A stretch of 64,000 nucleotides of DNA from Octopus sinensis (taxonomy: Eukaryota), in the NCBI RefSeq assembly GCF_006345805.1, contig NC_043000.1, positions 148,056,001-148,120,000 on the forward strand. Direction: 5' to 3'. Each line of letters begins with the position of its first letter. Within the stretch, counting starts at the first letter, position 1. The position numbers and the translations under genes were made by a program. The notes beneath the pieces were generated by a model. It searched no databases. It was not told the DNA's origin and saw only the letters and a list, made by a program, of their open reading frames with translations. This document shows, piece by piece, positions 63,025 through 64,000 of the stretch.

Positions 63025-63322
63025 CCTTGTGAGTGGATTTGGTAGACGGAAACTGAAAGAAGCCTGTCGGATATATGTATATATATATATATATATATGT
63101 GTGTGTATGTTTGTGTGTCTGTGTTTGTCCCCCTAGCATTGCTTGACAACCGATGCTGGTGTGTTTATGTCCCCATCACTTAGCAGTTCGGCAAAAGAGA
63201 CCTATAGAATAAGTACTGGGCTTACAAAGAATAAGTCTCGGGGTCGATTTGCTTGACTAAAGGCGGTGCTCCAGCATGGCCGCAGTCAAATGACTGAAAC
63301 ATGTAAAAGAGTAAAGAGAGTA
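63025..63322 (+). mobile_element. SINE family A, 3' two-thirds
   Basis: Starts at CCTTGTGAGTGGATTTGG. Confidence 0.9.
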
Positions 63323-64000
63323 ATGGAGAAAAGTGTTGTATTTAGTTATATTCCCTAACATTTTCTAAGTTATAATACCACCAAGATTGATTTTGCTTTC
63401 ATCTTTCTGCAGCTGATAAAGCAGCAGTTCAATACCTGTGTTAGAAAATATTATTATAAGGATGGTTGAGTGTTAAAATTGATAGATCTGTATCAGTATT
63501 TAGTTACCTCACTTGACATTCTGAGTTCTTTCAACTTTTCTCCTGTGCTGATAAAACATGTACCAGTCAAGTAAATTGGGATTGATATAAAATGACTGTG
63601 CTTTGCCTCAAAATTTGTGAATTAGAGTCAGTGTAAGAGATCATTCAACTATCTGATGAATTCTTTGTGGAGATTTCTTCTGCGGCCCTCTTTTGGTTAA
63701 GAAGGATTGACAGTTTTCTTCTGTCTGCTCACATTAGTTACATAGAGGACATGACTGAAAAATATAAGGAGAGAGATTTTTCTCTTCATTTAAACCTTTA
63801 TCACTTTTTAACATTCGATTTGCAGAGGAGGGGTATTGTAGTAAATATGTTAAAAGATGAGTGAGAGTAGTAGGCATGGCTTGAGTGAATGAACCCACAA
63901 TCAGCATGTGTGCTTGTTGGCTGGAAACTGATAGCTGGGAAAGGGCAATGTGGTCTTGGATCCATAAAGTTTCTTTGTGGACTCGAGGTGACCTATTTTC

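Overview
This is AT-rich, repeat-dense animal DNA, most likely octopus (inferred from the tRNA-headed SINE families and long TA/TG microsatellites; not checked against a database). The only host coding sequence I can support is one 81-nt phase-0 exon at 50111-50191 (+), encoding the start of an amphiphysin/BIN1 N-BAR domain. Most or all of the window is therefore probably giant intron. The rest is nested mobile DNA: RTE, CR1, L1/Tx1 and Penelope-like retroelements, a Ty3/gypsy fragment, an internally deleted Tc1, piggyBac- and hAT-type MITEs, a Helitron and three or more SINE families. The strongest candidate for something undescribed is a family of short non-coding elements beside TA repeats. 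Two divergent members (5451-5496 and 11477-11535, both minus strand) carry type I hammerhead ribozyme motifs with different stem sequences but preserved pairing, and one is enclosed by ~150-bp inverted arms. Other leads are a long hairpin with repeated TC/TC bubbles, tandem pseudoknot-like units in the RTE 3' UTR, a PHD-like finger inside the RTE ORF, a 223-bp LTR-like element with two tRNA-Ser primer-binding sites, and a SINE with a swapped tail. All structures were read by eye, so repeat boundaries are approximate.
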